Below are positions 1 to 11,122 of a stretch of 28,803 nt of DNA, piece by piece. The translations under genes were made by a program, and so were the position numbers. This DNA comes from an uncultured Aquificales bacterium (GTDB lineage Bacteria > Thermosulfidibacterota > Thermosulfidibacteria > Thermosulfidibacterales > Thermosulfidibacteraceae). The stretch is taken from NCBI GenBank assembly GCA_964453345.1, contig CAYVOC010000014.1:10634-39436 (forward strand), read 5' to 3'. The notes under the pieces are model-generated. The model searched no databases. It was given only the letters and a program-made list of their open reading frames with translations, and had not been told where the DNA came from. Numbering within the stretch: the first letter of the stretch is position 1; each line of letters begins with the position of its first letter.

Positions 1-27
1 TGCCCTTAACTTTCTCGGAGGTGGTGC

Positions 28-1674
28 ATGAAGAAGGAGATCCTGAGGATCATTGAGGAGGCCCTTGAGGAGGCTAAGCGTGAGGGGTTGATACCCGATG
101 TTGAGGTCCCTGTGGGGGTTGAGTATGCGGATAAGAGGTTTGGAGACTACGCCACGAATATAGCCTTTATGCTTGCAAAGCCGGCCAAAAAGCCTCCAAG
201 GGAGGTGGCATCTATCCTGGCAGGTAGAATAGAGAATCCCTACATTGAAAGGGTTGAGGTGGCGGGTCCCGGCTTCATAAACATCACCATGAAGCCCTCC
301 TGGTGGGAGATGGTGGTGAAGAAGATCCTGAGGGAGGGTTCCTCCTATGGATCTTCCGATCTTGGTGGGGGCAGGAGGGTGCAGGTGGAGTTTGTTTCAG
401 CCAACCCCACAGGTCCCCTGCACGTGGGACATGGCAGGGGAGCGGCGGTTGGGGACAGTCTTGCAAGGATTCTGGAGAAGGCGGGCTTTGAGGTTGAGAG
501 GGAATACTACATAAACGATGCGGGACGTCAGATCAGGATGCTGGGCGAGTCCATATGGGCGAGGTGCATGGAGCTTGCAGGCAGAAAGGTGGAGTTCCCG
601 GAGGATGGATACAGGGGCAACTATGTGATTGAGCTTGCCAGAAGGGCCCTTGAGGAGTTTCCCGATATACTTGACAGAGAGAAGGATGACGCCGTGAAGC
701 TTCTTGCGGAGTGGGGCAGCAAGCAGCTTCTTGAGCAGATTGTGGAGGATTTAAGGCTCTTTAATGTTGAGTTTGACACCTTCTTTTCCGAGAGGAGCCT
801 TCATGAATCCGGGAGGGTTAGGGAGGTTATAAGGCTGCTTGAGGAGAAGGGATACATATACGAGAAGGACGGGGCGCTGTGGTTTACTTCTTCCGCCTTT
901 GGAGATGAGAAGGACAGGGTGGTGGTGAGGGCGGATGGTGAACCCACCTACTTTGCCGCAGATATAGCCTATCATGCGGATAAGATGGAGAGAGGATACC
1001 ACATGTGCATAAATGTGTGGGGAGCGGATCACCACGGATACATTCCAAGGGTCAAGGCAGCTCTTGAGGCTTTGGGGTATGATCCCGATAGGCTGAAGGT
1101 CCTGCTCATCCAGATGGTGGCGCTTCTCAGAGATGGCGAACCCATAGCCATGTCGAAGAGGGCGGGCGAGATCATAACCCTGAGGTGGCTTATTGAGCAG
1201 GTGGGCACCGATGCGGCTCGCTTCATATTCCTCACCAGGAAGTGCGATTCCCATCTGGACTTTGACATTGAGGTGGCAAAGAGGCAGACGGAAGAGAATC
1301 CCGTTTTCTACGTTCAGTATGCCCATGCGCGCATATGCAGCATAGAGAGAATAGCCGGGGAAAGGGGTATAGCCCTTGATCCGGAGGGCGCCGATCTGGG
1401 ACTGCTGGTTGAGGAAGAGGAGAGGGATCTTATGAGGAAGCTGTCCCAGTTTCCCGATGTGGTTGAGGGGGCGGCCCGTGCCCTTGAGCCCCACAGGATC
1501 ACCTACTATCTCAGTGAGCTTGCCTCGCTTTTCCACGGCTACTATAATAGGTTCCGTGTTCTCGTTGAGGATGAGGGTGTGCGCAATGCGAGGTTTGCCC
1601 TCTGCAAGGCGGTGAAGGTGGTGATTGCTGAAGGACTTAGGCTTCTTGGGGTTAGTGCTCCGGAGGTGATGTGA
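28..1674 (+). CDS. argS: Arginine--tRNA ligase
   Basis: 548 aa; FGDYATN N-terminal motif, VEFVSANPTGPLHVGHGR (HIGH-like), GADHHGY, MSKRAG, YVQYAHAR anticodon domain; GGAGG SD upstream. Confidence 0.98.
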   Translation: MKKEILRIIEEALEEAKREGLIPDVEVPVGVEYADKRFGDYATNIAFMLAKPAKKPPREVASILAGRIENPYIERVEVAGPGFINITMKPSWWEMVVKKILREGSSYGSSDLGGGRRVQVEFVSANPTGPLHVGHGRGAAVGDSLARILEKAGFEVEREYYINDAGRQIRMLGESIWARCMELAGRKVEFPEDGYRGNYVIELARRALEEFPDILDREKDDAVKLLAEWGSKQLLEQIVEDLRLFNVEFDTFFSERSLHESGRVREVIRLLEEKGYIYEKDGALWFTSSAFGDEKDRVVVRADGEPTYFAADIAYHADKMERGYHMCINVWGADHHGYIPRVKAALEALGYDPDRLKVLLIQMVALLRDGEPIAMSKRAGEIITLRWLIEQVGTDAARFIFLTRKCDSHLDFDIEVAKRQTEENPVFYVQYAHARICSIERIAGERGIALDPEGADLGLLVEEEERDLMRKLSQFPDVVEGAARALEPHRITYYLSELASLFHGYYNRFRVLVEDEGVRNARFALCKAVKVVIAEGLRLLGVSAPEVM

Positions 1675-2273
1675 TGGCTCAAAAAGGCGTGTATACCTTT
1701 ACCCTTAAGAAGAAGGAGCTTGTCGCCGTTGTTGCCGGCATAATAGTCACCTACGTTATGGTGTTCCTTCTGGGATATACCTTGGGGAAGGAGTCCACTC
1801 CTGTGGTTTCTGAGGTTGCGGTGGGCGAGTATCAGTCTCAGGAGGAGGCTTCCCAGCAGAGCGTTCCCCCTCCGCCTCCTGTGCCCCCTGCTGAGGAGCC
1901 GGAGCAGAGTCCTCCGCCTCCTGCCGAGGTTAAGCTTCCCATTCAGCCTGCTCCCTCCAGACCGGCTCCCCAGGAAAAAACCTTGGAGCAGAAGGTTAAG
2001 CCCGAGGTGGAGATCCCCGTTAAACCCATAAAGAAGCCTGAGAAGCCTGTCCCCTTCAGATACTTCGTTCAGGCGGGCGCCTTTTCAAAGGCCTCCTCTG
2101 CCCGCTCTTTGAAGTGCAGGTTGAAGAAGAAGGGATACAGGGTGCAGGTGATGAAGGTGGGGAGCCTCTACAAGGTTCTCATAGGGCCCTACACCACCGA
2201 GAAGGAGGCTATAGAGGCCAAAAAGAAGCTGGTCAGGGATGAGAGGATTTACGGCTATATTGTTAAGTATTAG
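1671..2273 (+). CDS. SPOR-domain cell division protein (FtsN/DedD-like)
   Basis: Single N-terminal TM helix, Pro/Glu-rich linker, C-terminal SPOR motif (YFVQAGAF...YKVLIGPY); argS-SPOR adjacency is a common arrangement. Start could be ATG 1674. Confidence 0.88.
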   Translation: MMAQKGVYTFTLKKKELVAVVAGIIVTYVMVFLLGYTLGKESTPVVSEVAVGEYQSQEEASQQSVPPPPPVPPAEEPEQSPPPPAEVKLPIQPAPSRPAPQEKTLEQKVKPEVEIPVKPIKKPEKPVPFRYFVQAGAFSKASSARSLKCRLKKKGYRVQVMKVGSLYKVLIGPYTTEKEAIEAKKKLVRDERIYGYIVKY

Positions 2274-3123
2274 CCTCGTTTCTCTTTGCCATGCCCTTGA
2301 AGTGTGCCTTCCTCCCGGGGCACCCGCCAGGCAGCTTCAGGAGTATGACGGGGTGGAGCTTTTTTTTGCCGATATGGGGGTTGGATTTGATCGCAGCTTC
2401 AACTGCACAAGGATTGAAATAAGATCGAGGGCCGGCGTTCTTTCCCCTGAGGATCTGCTCCCCAGCCCCGAGAGGGAGGTGGAACAGATTTTGTCCCTCG
2501 TTGGGGATGCGGAGAATGTGGCCCTTGTGTATAGAGCGGATCTGGGTTATCTGGCGGAGCCGATTCTGGATCGGTTAAAGACTAAGGATGTTGTGAGGTT
2601 CGTTTATTCCTACGAGAGGGGCAAGAGGAACTTTACCGATATACTGAGGCCCCTTGTTGAGCTGAAGGATCTGCAGCGTGAAAGGATCGATCTTGTAATA
2701 TTTCTTGGAAGTTACAGAGAGGCAATTCTTGTGATGCCTTTTTTCAGGATTTTTAAGCCCTTTCCAAGGGTCGTTTCCACATGGAGAATCTATGATCCCC
2801 TGATGTTCGCCTACAGAAGCTTTATGAGAACCGTAAAGTATTACGAGTGGTTTCCCTCCTGGCTGCCGGTGATACACATAAGGGGGTTTGTGATAAGATA
2901 CCTCAAGAGGTATCACAGGCTCCCTTCACGCTTTGCCGCCTTGGGATACGATGCCGCCAATCTCGTCTATGCCGCTCTGAGGGATGAGAAATCTATTCGG
3001 GAGACGGAGATAATTGGGGTCACCGGGATAAGGAGGATGGGAGAAGGTGGAGAACCGGAAAGGGTGTATTATCTGGTTGATGTGGGCAAACTTTCTGGAA
3101 TGCTTCCCCCGCCGGCTTATTGA
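2239..3123 (+). CDS. Exported protein with type-1 periplasmic-binding fold (LpoA C-terminal / LivJ-like)
   Basis: Signal-peptide-like N-terminus; C-terminal 'F...Y...Y.R.P..FAALGYDAANL' and 'GVTG' motifs typical of LivJ/LpoA-like folds. Confidence 0.55.
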   Translation: MRGFTAILLSISLVSLCHALEVCLPPGAPARQLQEYDGVELFFADMGVGFDRSFNCTRIEIRSRAGVLSPEDLLPSPEREVEQILSLVGDAENVALVYRADLGYLAEPILDRLKTKDVVRFVYSYERGKRNFTDILRPLVELKDLQRERIDLVIFLGSYREAILVMPFFRIFKPFPRVVSTWRIYDPLMFAYRSFMRTVKYYEWFPSWLPVIHIRGFVIRYLKRYHRLPSRFAALGYDAANLVYAALRDEKSIRETEIIGVTGIRRMGEGGEPERVYYLVDVGKLSGMLPPPAY

Positions 3124-3149
3124 AACCCTGTTTGTATAGCAGATCTGTA

Positions 3150-3204
3150 TTGACTGTGGCTGTTTTACCTGATAATCTCCAGAAGCTAATCAACCGAATA
3201 GTTG
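3150..3204 (+). promoter_or_regulatory. Putative sigma70 promoter and TetR operator of the efflux cassette
   Basis: TTGACT (3150-3155), 17-nt spacer, TGn-TAATCT (-10 at 3173-3178); short inverted repeat CAAC-N6-GTTG (3191-3204) just upstream of the tetR SD. Confidence 0.5.
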
Positions 3205-3217
3205 GCTGGAGGTGCCT

Positions 3218-3817
3218 GTGACCGGTGTAAGAGAAAAGATTTTGAGAAAGGCGTTTATCCTGTTTGCAAAAAAGGGATACGATGGGACCCGCGTGGACGA
3301 TATTGCTAAGGCTGCGGGTGTGAACAAGGCCACCATCTACTACTACTTCGATAGCAAGAAGAGCCTATACCAGGAGGTCCTGTATCAGCAGATGAGCAAG
3401 CTTCTATACAGGATAATCGAGGCCTTTGACAGGTTTGAGGATGATCCGGCCGAGCTTGTGGCGCACATTGTGGATGTTTACTTTGAATTCTTTAACAAGA
3501 ATCCCAGGGTGTGGAAGCTGTATCTCAGGGAGATCTGCAACGAGGGCAGATTCTTGAGGGGCATAATCAAAAAGCTGGTTGAGGAGAACCCCATACTTAA
3601 AAGGGGCGGCATAGCAGGCAGGATAGAGGCCTTGGGGATAACCAGTGACTCCTTTACGGATGGGCTTCACATGTGGCTGAATCTTTTGGGGATGGTTTTT
3701 ATACATTACCTGATTTACCCCTTTGTTGAGGAGATACACGGTATAAAGGTGGACGAAGCCTTCCTTGAGAAGAGAAAGAGAAGCGTTCTTGAGATGCTGG
3801 AGAGGTTTATGGCGTGA
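3218..3817 (+). CDS. TetR/AcrR family transcriptional regulator
   Basis: HTH motif '[36 protein letters not shown]'. GTG 3218 preferred over 3212 because GGAGG lies at 3208-3212. Confidence 0.95.
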   Translation: MTGVREKILRKAFILFAKKGYDGTRVDDIAKAAGVNKATIYYYFDSKKSLYQEVLYQQMSKLLYRIIEAFDRFEDDPAELVAHIVDVYFEFFNKNPRVWKLYLREICNEGRFLRGIIKKLVEENPILKRGGIAGRIEALGITSDSFTDGLHMWLNLLGMVFIHYLIYPFVEEIHGIKVDEAFLEKRKRSVLEMLERFMA

Positions 3818-5154
3818 GGCTGTTTCTCTTTTTCCTTGTTTTGGTTCTGTTTTCTTCGCCTGGGTATGGTAGGGTGCTGGATCTCAAAGGGGCCATCAGG
3901 ATTGCCCTGAAGAGAAATCCCGATTATCGCAGTGCGGCCCTTGCGGTTAAGGCCTCCGAGGAGGTGGAGCGGGAGGCCTTTGCCAAAAGGCTTTTCTCCT
4001 TGTCCTTCTCTTACAGCTACAGCAGGTTGAACGAGGAGCAGAGGGTTAAGACCAGAAGGGTTGTCATCCCTCCCCTTGCTCCCGGTATGTCTCCCGTGGA
4101 GATGGATCCCGGTGATATTGTGACGTCGAAGCAGAATGTTTACAAATACAACTTCACATTTTTCCAACCGCTGTTTACAGGGGGGAAGCTTAGCGAGGCC
4201 CACAGGATCGCACGGCTTGGCGTTGATGTGGAAAGGCTTAAAGAGAGGGAGTCTAAGCTGGACCTTATATTCAGGGTTAAGAAGGCCTACTATGAGGCTC
4301 TGAAGGCCAAGAGGCTTCTCGAGGTGGCGCGCCAGTCGGTAAAGCTTCTTGAGAGCCACTACAGGGACGCCAAGGCCTTTTATGAGGAGGGAATCACGCC
4401 CAAGGTGGATCTTTTGAGGGCCGAGGTTGCCCTTTCCCAAGCTAAGCAGAACTTGACCGTGGCGGAGGCCAGATACAAAATAGCCCTTGCTGCCCTCGCT
4501 GTGCTTCTCAGGGATAGGGTTGATGCCGACTACACTCTGAAGGATGTGCGGGGTGTGCCGGTGCTGGGGTTGTCCTTCAGGGACTGTCTCGAGGAAGCCC
4601 TCAGAAAGAGGCCCATTATCCTCGCCCTTAGAAAGAGGGTGGAGATCGCCAAGGGCAGGGTGAAGATGGAGAGGTCGGATTACTACCCCCACCTCTACCT
4701 TGTGGGCGAGTATTCAAAGCACGGGGATACCCCGGACTGCACAGGGGACGGTCTGACCGATGCGGAGCGCTGGTCCATTACGGCGAGGCTTGAGTGGAAG
4801 TTCTTTGAGTGGGGGGCCACGAGGCACAGGGTGAAGAGGGCTTCCGTGGAGGCGCTGAGGGTCCTGGAGCTTGAGCGCTCGGTTGAGGACAAGGTCAAGC
4901 TGGAGGTTAGAGAGGCCTATCTCATGCTGAGGGCCGCCAAAGAGAGGCTTGTGGTTGCAAAAAAGCAGGTGGAGCAGGCCCTTTTGAACTACAGGGATAC
5001 CAGGGAGCGCTACAGGCAGCAGATAGACACAACCACCGATGTTATAGATGCCCAGGTGTTCCTGACGAGGGCAAAAAATCAATATTACAGCGCATTATAC
5101 GAATACAACATCGCCTATGCTAAGTTAGAGAGGGTTATGGGCCGTGAGAATTAG
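3814..5154 (+). CDS. TolC family outer membrane efflux protein
   Basis: Signal peptide, '[10 protein letters not shown]', 'QPLFTGG', 'YYPHLYLVG', 'WKFFEWG'; two OEP repeats. Confidence 0.93.
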   Translation: MRLFLFFLVLVLFSSPGYGRVLDLKGAIRIALKRNPDYRSAALAVKASEEVEREAFAKRLFSLSFSYSYSRLNEEQRVKTRRVVIPPLAPGMSPVEMDPGDIVTSKQNVYKYNFTFFQPLFTGGKLSEAHRIARLGVDVERLKERESKLDLIFRVKKAYYEALKAKRLLEVARQSVKLLESHYRDAKAFYEEGITPKVDLLRAEVALSQAKQNLTVAEARYKIALAALAVLLRDRVDADYTLKDVRGVPVLGLSFRDCLEEALRKRPIILALRKRVEIAKGRVKMERSDYYPHLYLVGEYSKHGDTPDCTGDGLTDAERWSITARLEWKFFEWGATRHRVKRASVEALRVLELERSVEDKVKLEVREAYLMLRAAKERLVVAKKQVEQALLNYRDTRERYRQQIDTTTDVIDAQVFLTRAKNQYYSALYEYNIAYAKLERVMGREN

Positions 5155-6226
5155 AAGGAGGTATCTTCTTGTTGCCCTGTTTGCCCTTGTGGCGCTCTTC
5201 GGGCTATACAGGTTCGGGAGGTGGATCTACTACAGATACACCCATGCCTTCACAGAGGACGCCTTTGTTGAGGCGGACATCGTGAACGTTTCTCCCCTCG
5301 TTGCGGGGCACATCAAGAGGATACTGGTGGACGAATCCCAGAGGGTTAAAAAGGGGCAGCTTCTTTTTGTTCTTGACGACAGCGTGTATGCGGCGCGGGT
5401 CAGGCTGGCGGAGGCCAGGCTTAAATACGCCAGAAGCAGGCTGAAGGTTCTCAGAGAAAAGCTCAAGCAGGCGAAGCGTGCCTACGTTATGACCAGAAAG
5501 GTGGCCTATGAGAATGTGAAGGCGGCGGAGTTTGCCCTCGCCCAGGCCGAGGCCCAGTTTGAAAGGGCGAAGAACGATTATGAAAGGTTCAGGAATCTCT
5601 ACAACAGACGGGTGATAGGCAAGTTCAAGTTCGACAGGGTGAGGGAGCAGTATAAGAGATCCCTTGAGCTTGTTAAGATAAAGAAGAGTCAGCTTGAGGT
5701 GGCTAAAGCCCGGTTGCTTGAGGTCAAGATAAAGAAGGATCAGATCGCCGAGCTGCAAAGGGAGATAGTTTCCGCTAAGAGGGCTGTGGAAAAGGCCAAA
5801 AGGGCCCTTGAGGTGGCTAAGGTGGATCTTCGGCACACGAGGGTCTATTCCCCCATAGACGGGGTTGTGGCTAAGAGATACCTTCAGGTGGGGGACTTCG
5901 CAGCGGCCGGATACCCGGTTCTCGCCCTATATGATACCTCAAAGGTTTACGTTCTTGCGAATCTTGAGGAGACCAGATTTGAGGGGGTCAGGGTGGGGAA
6001 CGGGGTTGACATATGGGTGGATGCCTATCCCGGCAGGGTTTTTAGGGGCAGGGTGAAGAAGATCCTTCCCGCAAGCGCCGCCAAGTTCGCCCTCATCCCC
6101 AGGGATGTCACCGCAGGGGAGTTTACCAAGGTTGTTCAAAGGATCCCCATAAAGATAGAGCTTCTCGGTGAGGCCAAGCACATGCTGTTTCCCGGGATGT
6201 CGGTTGAGGTGGGGATAGAGAAATGA
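5144..6226 (+). CDS. Membrane fusion protein, EmrA-like
   Basis: '[19 protein letters not shown]', 'VKKGQLLF', 'SPIDGVV', '[15 protein letters not shown]', 'LFPGMSVEV' match the EmrA subfamily. Confidence 0.92.
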   Translation: MRIRRRYLLVALFALVALFGLYRFGRWIYYRYTHAFTEDAFVEADIVNVSPLVAGHIKRILVDESQRVKKGQLLFVLDDSVYAARVRLAEARLKYARSRLKVLREKLKQAKRAYVMTRKVAYENVKAAEFALAQAEAQFERAKNDYERFRNLYNRRVIGKFKFDRVREQYKRSLELVKIKKSQLEVAKARLLEVKIKKDQIAELQREIVSAKRAVEKAKRALEVAKVDLRHTRVYSPIDGVVAKRYLQVGDFAAAGYPVLALYDTSKVYVLANLEETRFEGVRVGNGVDIWVDAYPGRVFRGRVKKILPASAAKFALIPRDVTAGEFTKVVQRIPIKIELLGEAKHMLFPGMSVEVGIEK

Positions 6227-7263
6227 AATTCGTTTTTTTGATCCTTCTTTTTCTTACTGCCTGTTCGCACACCGGAGGATCTGCGGGAGTCTGGGGGAGC
6301 GGTAGGATTGATGGGGATGAAATAGAGGTTTCAAGCAAGTATCCGGGCAGGATAGTTGAGCTTCTGGTGAGGGAAGGGGACAGGGTGAAGAAGGGGCAGG
6401 TTATAGCCCGACTGGATTCCGATGAGATCAGGGCGAGGGTGGACAGGGCAAGGGCTGCTCTGGATCTTGCAAGGGCGGATCTTGAGAGGGCTGTGGAGGA
6501 CTACACCCTAACCAAAAGGGAGGTCAGGCTTCAGGTGGAGAAGGCCAAGAGCCTTATGGAGAGGGCTGAGGCTTCTCTTAGAAGGGCTCAGGCCGATCTT
6601 TCCAAGGCCCTTTCGGATTACAGGAGGTTTTTGAACCTCTACAGGAGAAGGGTTGTGGCAAAATCCCGGTTTGAGCAGGTGGAAAGAATATATAAACTTG
6701 CCCTTGCATCTAAGGATGCAGCTGAGGCGGAACTTGAGGCGGCGAAGAGATCCTACAGCATAGCTGTGGCCAGGGTGAGGATGATCAGGGTTAAGAAGGC
6801 CCTTGTGGAGGCGGCCAAAAGAAGGGTTGAGGAGGCTGAAGCCGCCTACCGGGAGGCCGCGGCGGTTCTCGAGGATATGACCATACGATCTCCTATAGAT
6901 GGGGTTGTTATAGAAAAGGTGGCCGATGTGGGAGAGGTTGTTGGAGCAGGTGCAACCATAGTGGTTCTGGTTGATCCCAATGCCCTGTATCTGAAGATGT
7001 TTGTTAGTGAGGTTGATGTGGGGAAGATCGCCCTGGGTATGCCCGCCAGAATCTACACGGATGCCTATCCTGATAGGCCCTTCAGGGCCAAGGTCTGCTA
7101 TGTGGCTCAGAGGGCTGAATTCACTCCCAAGGAAGTGGAGACGAAGGAGGAGAGGGTTCACCATGTTTTTGCGGTTAAGCTGTGCCCCCTTGACAATTCA
7201 AAGGGGCTTCTGAAGCTGGGTATGCCGGCAGAGGGAGTGATAGATGTTGGCCCTTCGCGTTGA
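6223..7263 (+). CDS. Membrane fusion protein, YbhG-like, probable lipoprotein
   Basis: Lipobox-like LTAC; 'SGRIDG', 'VSSKYPGRI', '[20 protein letters not shown]', 'LKLGMPA' match the YbhG/YhiI subfamily. Confidence 0.9.
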   Translation: MKFVFLILLFLTACSHTGGSAGVWGSGRIDGDEIEVSSKYPGRIVELLVREGDRVKKGQVIARLDSDEIRARVDRARAALDLARADLERAVEDYTLTKREVRLQVEKAKSLMERAEASLRRAQADLSKALSDYRRFLNLYRRRVVAKSRFEQVERIYKLALASKDAAEAELEAAKRSYSIAVARVRMIRVKKALVEAAKRRVEEAEAAYREAAAVLEDMTIRSPIDGVVIEKVADVGEVVGAGATIVVLVDPNALYLKMFVSEVDVGKIALGMPARIYTDAYPDRPFRAKVCYVAQRAEFTPKEVETKEERVHHVFAVKLCPLDNSKGLLKLGMPAEGVIDVGPSR

Positions 7264-8902
7264 GGGGCTTTCAAAGTCCTACAGGAATGTGGAGGCTCTC
7301 AGGGATGTCAGCCTTTCGGTTGAGGAAGGGCAGATCTACGGGATAATCGGTCCCGATGGCGCGGGTAAAAGCACCCTCATGAAGATAGTTGCAGGGGTCC
7401 TCTCCTTTGATAGGGGCAGGGTCGAGGTGTTTGGTGTTGATGTGGGAAAGTTCCCTGAGAGGGTTAAGTCCATCCTTTCCTTTATGCCCCAGGGCATAGG
7501 GCAGAATCTCTACATGGATCTTACTGTTTCCGAAAACATAGATTTTTTTGCCAGTATAAAGGGGAGCAGGCCTTCGGATGTTCGGGATCTTAAGGAGAGG
7601 CTCCTTGAAGTGACCGGGCTTTCTCCCTTCAGGGATAGGTTTGCAAAGCACCTCTCAGGTGGCATGCAGCAGAAGCTGGGGATATGCTGCTCCCTGATCA
7701 GCAGGCCGAGGTTTGTCATACTCGATGAGCCGACCACAGGGGTTGATCCGGTTTCGAGAAGGGAGCTGTGGGATCTTTTATACGAGTTTGTTGAGGATGG
7801 GATAACCATTCTGTTTTCCACATCTTACATGGATGAGGCCGAAAGGTCCCACAGGTTTTGTTTGATGCATGAGGGGAGGATCCTGGGAGAGTTTGATCCT
7901 GAGGATGAGGAGCTTTCTGCAGACGAGCTTTTCAGGAGGCTTGTCCCGGCAGAGGGTTTTTCCTTCTCCATACCCTTTGAGAGAAGGGAGGCTACATCCG
8001 GAGTTGAGGTTGACAGCCTTACGAAGCGTTTCGGGAACTTTGTTGCGGTCGATGGTGTCTCCTTTGAGGTTGAGCCTGGTGAGATTTTTGGGCTTCTTGG
8101 CCCCAACGGTGCCGGCAAGACGACCACTATAAAAATGATGGTGGGCTTGTTGAAGCCCACTTCCGGCACCGTGAGAATCGCAGGCAGGGAGAAGATAGGG
8201 TATATGTCTCAGAAGTTCTCATTGTATAAGGACCTTACGGTTTCCGAAAACATAGACTACTACGGAGCTGTGTATGGCATACAGGGGCGTGAGCTGAGAA
8301 GGCGAAGGGACTGGATACTGGAGATATCCGGACTGGAAGGCATGGAAGGAATGAAGGTGGCCGATATCCCGCTGGGTTTCAAGCAGAGGTTGGCCTTGGG
8401 CTGCTCCTTTATTCACCTTCCGGAGGTCCTTTTCCTTGATGAGCCCACCTCCGGTGTTGATCCCTCTGCCAGGGATGCCTTCTGGGAGATTATTCGGGGG
8501 CTTTCCGATCATTTGGGGGTTACCGTCATAATAACCACCCATCATCTTCTCGAGGCCCACTACTGCAACAGGCTTGCTCTTATGAGCGGGGGAAAGGTTG
8601 TGGCCCTCGGCTCTCCCCATGAGCTTATAAAGAGGGCTGAGGGCTTACAGGGGAGAATGTATGAGCTTTCCTGTTCCGATCCCTACGGTGCGCGGGAGTT
8701 TTTGAGAGGTTCAGGTGTCGTATGCTACTTTTACGGCAAGAAACTGAGGGTATGGACGAAGCTTTCTGAGGGGGATGTGAGGAAGCTGCTTGAGAGGGCC
8801 GGCATTGAAAACTTCTCGCTGGTCCCTTCACCGGTGAACATGGAGGATGTCTTTATCCTCTTTTCGGGGATGAGGGGTGAGGTCTCTTCTGGCAGTTGCT
8901 GA
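7244..8902 (+). CDS. Dual-domain ABC transporter ATP-binding protein (YbhF-like)
   Basis: Two Walker A motifs ([16 protein letters not shown]), LSGGMQQ and degenerate IPLGFKQ signatures, two LDEPT Walker B motifs. Confidence 0.93.
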   Translation: MLALRVEGLSKSYRNVEALRDVSLSVEEGQIYGIIGPDGAGKSTLMKIVAGVLSFDRGRVEVFGVDVGKFPERVKSILSFMPQGIGQNLYMDLTVSENIDFFASIKGSRPSDVRDLKERLLEVTGLSPFRDRFAKHLSGGMQQKLGICCSLISRPRFVILDEPTTGVDPVSRRELWDLLYEFVEDGITILFSTSYMDEAERSHRFCLMHEGRILGEFDPEDEELSADELFRRLVPAEGFSFSIPFERREATSGVEVDSLTKRFGNFVAVDGVSFEVEPGEIFGLLGPNGAGKTTTIKMMVGLLKPTSGTVRIAGREKIGYMSQKFSLYKDLTVSENIDYYGAVYGIQGRELRRRRDWILEISGLEGMEGMKVADIPLGFKQRLALGCSFIHLPEVLFLDEPTSGVDPSARDAFWEIIRGLSDHLGVTVIITTHHLLEAHYCNRLALMSGGKVVALGSPHELIKRAEGLQGRMYELSCSDPYGAREFLRGSGVVCYFYGKKLRVWTKLSEGDVRKLLERAGIENFSLVPSPVNMEDVFILFSGMRGEVSSGSC

Positions 8903-10001
8903 TAAGGAGTTCAAGGAGATATTCAGAAACCCGGTTACCCTGCTTCTGGCCTTTGGGGTTCCGGTGGTCTTCTTCTTTGTTTTCGGGATCGGGATAAACC
9001 TCGATGTGGAGAATCTTCCCCTTGCGGTGGTTGATATGGATGGGAGCAAGTTGAGCGCTGATTTTTCCGAGCAGATTTACAACAACCGATACTTTACGCT
9101 TGTGGGATACATGAGCAGGTCCCAGGCGGAGAGGCTTATGAGGTTGAACAGGCTGAGGGCTATTCTGATAATACCGCCGGGGTTTGCAAGAAGGCTCTAC
9201 GAGGGCAGGGCTTCCACCGTTCAGGTTCTGGTGGATGGAACCTATCCCTACAGGGCTGACGTTATAAAGGGCTATATGGCGGGAATGGTTTCGAGGTTTA
9301 ATGAGGCTCTGCTTAGGGATTGGCTCGGTGCAAGGGGGATGAAACCCAATCTTGAGCCTGTTTCCCTTGATGTCAGGGTCTTATACAATCAGTCCATAAA
9401 AAGTGCTTACTCCCTTGTTCCCGGTGTCTTTGTTATAGTGATTCTCATGAACACAACCATCCTCGCCTCCCTTTCTGTTGCAAGGGAGAGGGATTACGGC
9501 AGCATTTACAACATATACACATCCTCTTTGTCCAAGTTCGCCTTTGTGGTTGGAAAGATCGTTCCCTACTGGTTTGTGGGCATGGTCAATGTTGCAACCA
9601 TGCTTCTTCTTGCCCTGCTCCTGTTCAGGATACCCTTCAGGGGGGATCCCGTGGCCTTTGCGCTGTCGAGCGGGGTGTATGTGCTGGCGGCCTGCCTGTT
9701 GGGTATTCTTGTTTCAATTTTCACAAGGAGTATGATCGCGGCTCAGATTGTCTCAATGATAATAACGGTGATACCGGCCTTTCTCTACTCAGGCTATCTT
9801 ATGCCCGTCTCCTTTTTAGAGCCCATGGGTCAGATTGAGGCGCGCATGCTACCCGCCATGCACTATATGAATGCTTGCAGGGGGATTTTTCTTAAGGGAT
9901 TTGGGATCGGTGATGTGCTTTCCAGCGTATGCGCTATGCTTGTGTTTTGTGCCTGTATATTTGCTCTCTCTATGCTCCTCTTTAAAAAGAGGGAGGGATG
10001 A
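8877..10001 (+). CDS. ABC-2 type transporter permease (YbhS-like)
   Basis: '[10 protein letters not shown]', 'LAVVDMD', 'VARERDYG', 'GKIVPY', 'LYSG'; large periplasmic loop plus TM helices. Confidence 0.9.
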   Translation: MRSLLAVADKEFKEIFRNPVTLLLAFGVPVVFFFVFGIGINLDVENLPLAVVDMDGSKLSADFSEQIYNNRYFTLVGYMSRSQAERLMRLNRLRAILIIPPGFARRLYEGRASTVQVLVDGTYPYRADVIKGYMAGMVSRFNEALLRDWLGARGMKPNLEPVSLDVRVLYNQSIKSAYSLVPGVFVIVILMNTTILASLSVARERDYGSIYNIYTSSLSKFAFVVGKIVPYWFVGMVNVATMLLLALLLFRIPFRGDPVAFALSSGVYVLAACLLGILVSIFTRSMIAAQIVSMIITVIPAFLYSGYLMPVSFLEPMGQIEARMLPAMHYMNACRGIFLKGFGIGDVLSSVCAMLVFCACIFALSMLLFKKREG

Positions 10002-11122
10002 GAAGGTTTTTGAGCCTTGTAAAAAAGGAGATATTGCAGTTTTCGAGGGATAAAATCATCTTTTGGTTTACTCTTTATCTTTTTACCGTTGATATTATAG
10101 TCGCCGGCAAGGGCTTTGGAATCTCTCTGAAAAATGCTCCCTTCCTTGTGTGGGATATGGTCAACGGTCCCAGAAGTGTTGAGCTTCTGTCCCGCATAAG
10201 GGAACCCTATTTTAAAACTGTCTGGAACTATTCGGGATGGGATTATCTTGAAAGATGGATAGAGAAATCGGAGACTGTGGGCGCTATAGTTGTTCCCCCT
10301 GATTTTGAAAGGCTTGTGGCTTCTGGCAGAACCGCAAGGGTTTTAGTGCTTCTCGATGGGTCCGTGGTTTCTTCGGCCATGCTCTCCTACTCCTACCTTG
10401 GTGTAATATTTTCCAGGTTCAATGGGGATTTGCTGAGGGAGAAGATGAAGTTTCAGGATGGTGAGTATCCCTATGTGGATGCGAGGGTGAGGGTTTCTTA
10501 TAATCAAAATCTAAACAACGAATACTACAGCGCCCTCGTTGAACTCTTCATGAATGTCACCATGATGAGCATGATCATTGCTGCTCTCGCCTTCGTAAGG
10601 GAGAGGGATTACGGAACGCTGGAGCAGATAAAGGTTTCCCCGTTGCCCTTCTGGGTGTTTGCGGCGGCAAAGGTGGCCTTTGTATGCTTGACCATTCTTC
10701 TTTTCGTTGTGGTGGGAGTTGAGGTGGCCTGTCTCGGGGTTTTCAGGCTGCCCTTCAGGGGAAGTTTTCTTCTTTTTCTTTTTGTTACTTTTGTTGCCAT
10801 ACTCTCCAATTGCGGGATCGGACTCATCATAGCTGGGTTTTCGAAAAGGATGAGTCAGGTGGGCCTTTTAACGGTTCTGTTTCTCGCTCCGATACTTTTT
10901 CTCTCAGGTGGATGGGTGCCTCCAGAGTCGATGCCCTCGTGGCTGAGGCCCATAACCGATTTCTCTCCCCTGAAGTATTACTTGGAGCTGGGGCTTGGAG
11001 TGGTCCTTAAAGGGGTGCGAGCTGCAGAGATTGCCCCTCAGCTTGCGAGGTATGTGATTCTTTCTGTGGGGTTGCTTCTTTTGGGATATGGAGTGCTGGT
11101 GGTGAGGGTGGGGTCTGAATGA
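9998..11122 (+). CDS. ABC-2 type transporter permease (YbhR-like)
   Basis: 'KEILQFSRD', '[16 protein letters not shown]', '[15 protein letters not shown]...SPLKY'. Confidence 0.9.
   Translation: MRRFLSLVKKEILQFSRDKIIFWFTLYLFTVDIIVAGKGFGISLKNAPFLVWDMVNGPRSVELLSRIREPYFKTVWNYSGWDYLERWIEKSETVGAIVVPPDFERLVASGRTARVLVLLDGSVVSSAMLSYSYLGVIFSRFNGDLLREKMKFQDGEYPYVDARVRVSYNQNLNNEYYSALVELFMNVTMMSMIIAALAFVRERDYGTLEQIKVSPLPFWVFAAAKVAFVCLTILLFVVVGVEVACLGVFRLPFRGSFLLFLFVTFVAILSNCGIGLIIAGFSKRMSQVGLLTVLFLAPILFLSGGWVPPESMPSWLRPITDFSPLKYYLELGLGVVLKGVRAAEIAPQLARYVILSVGLLLLGYGVLVVRVGSE

Noticed and set aside
1860-2050. Low-complexity CCT-rich repeats
   Set aside because: They encode the Pro-rich linker of the SPOR protein and are not a DNA repeat element.
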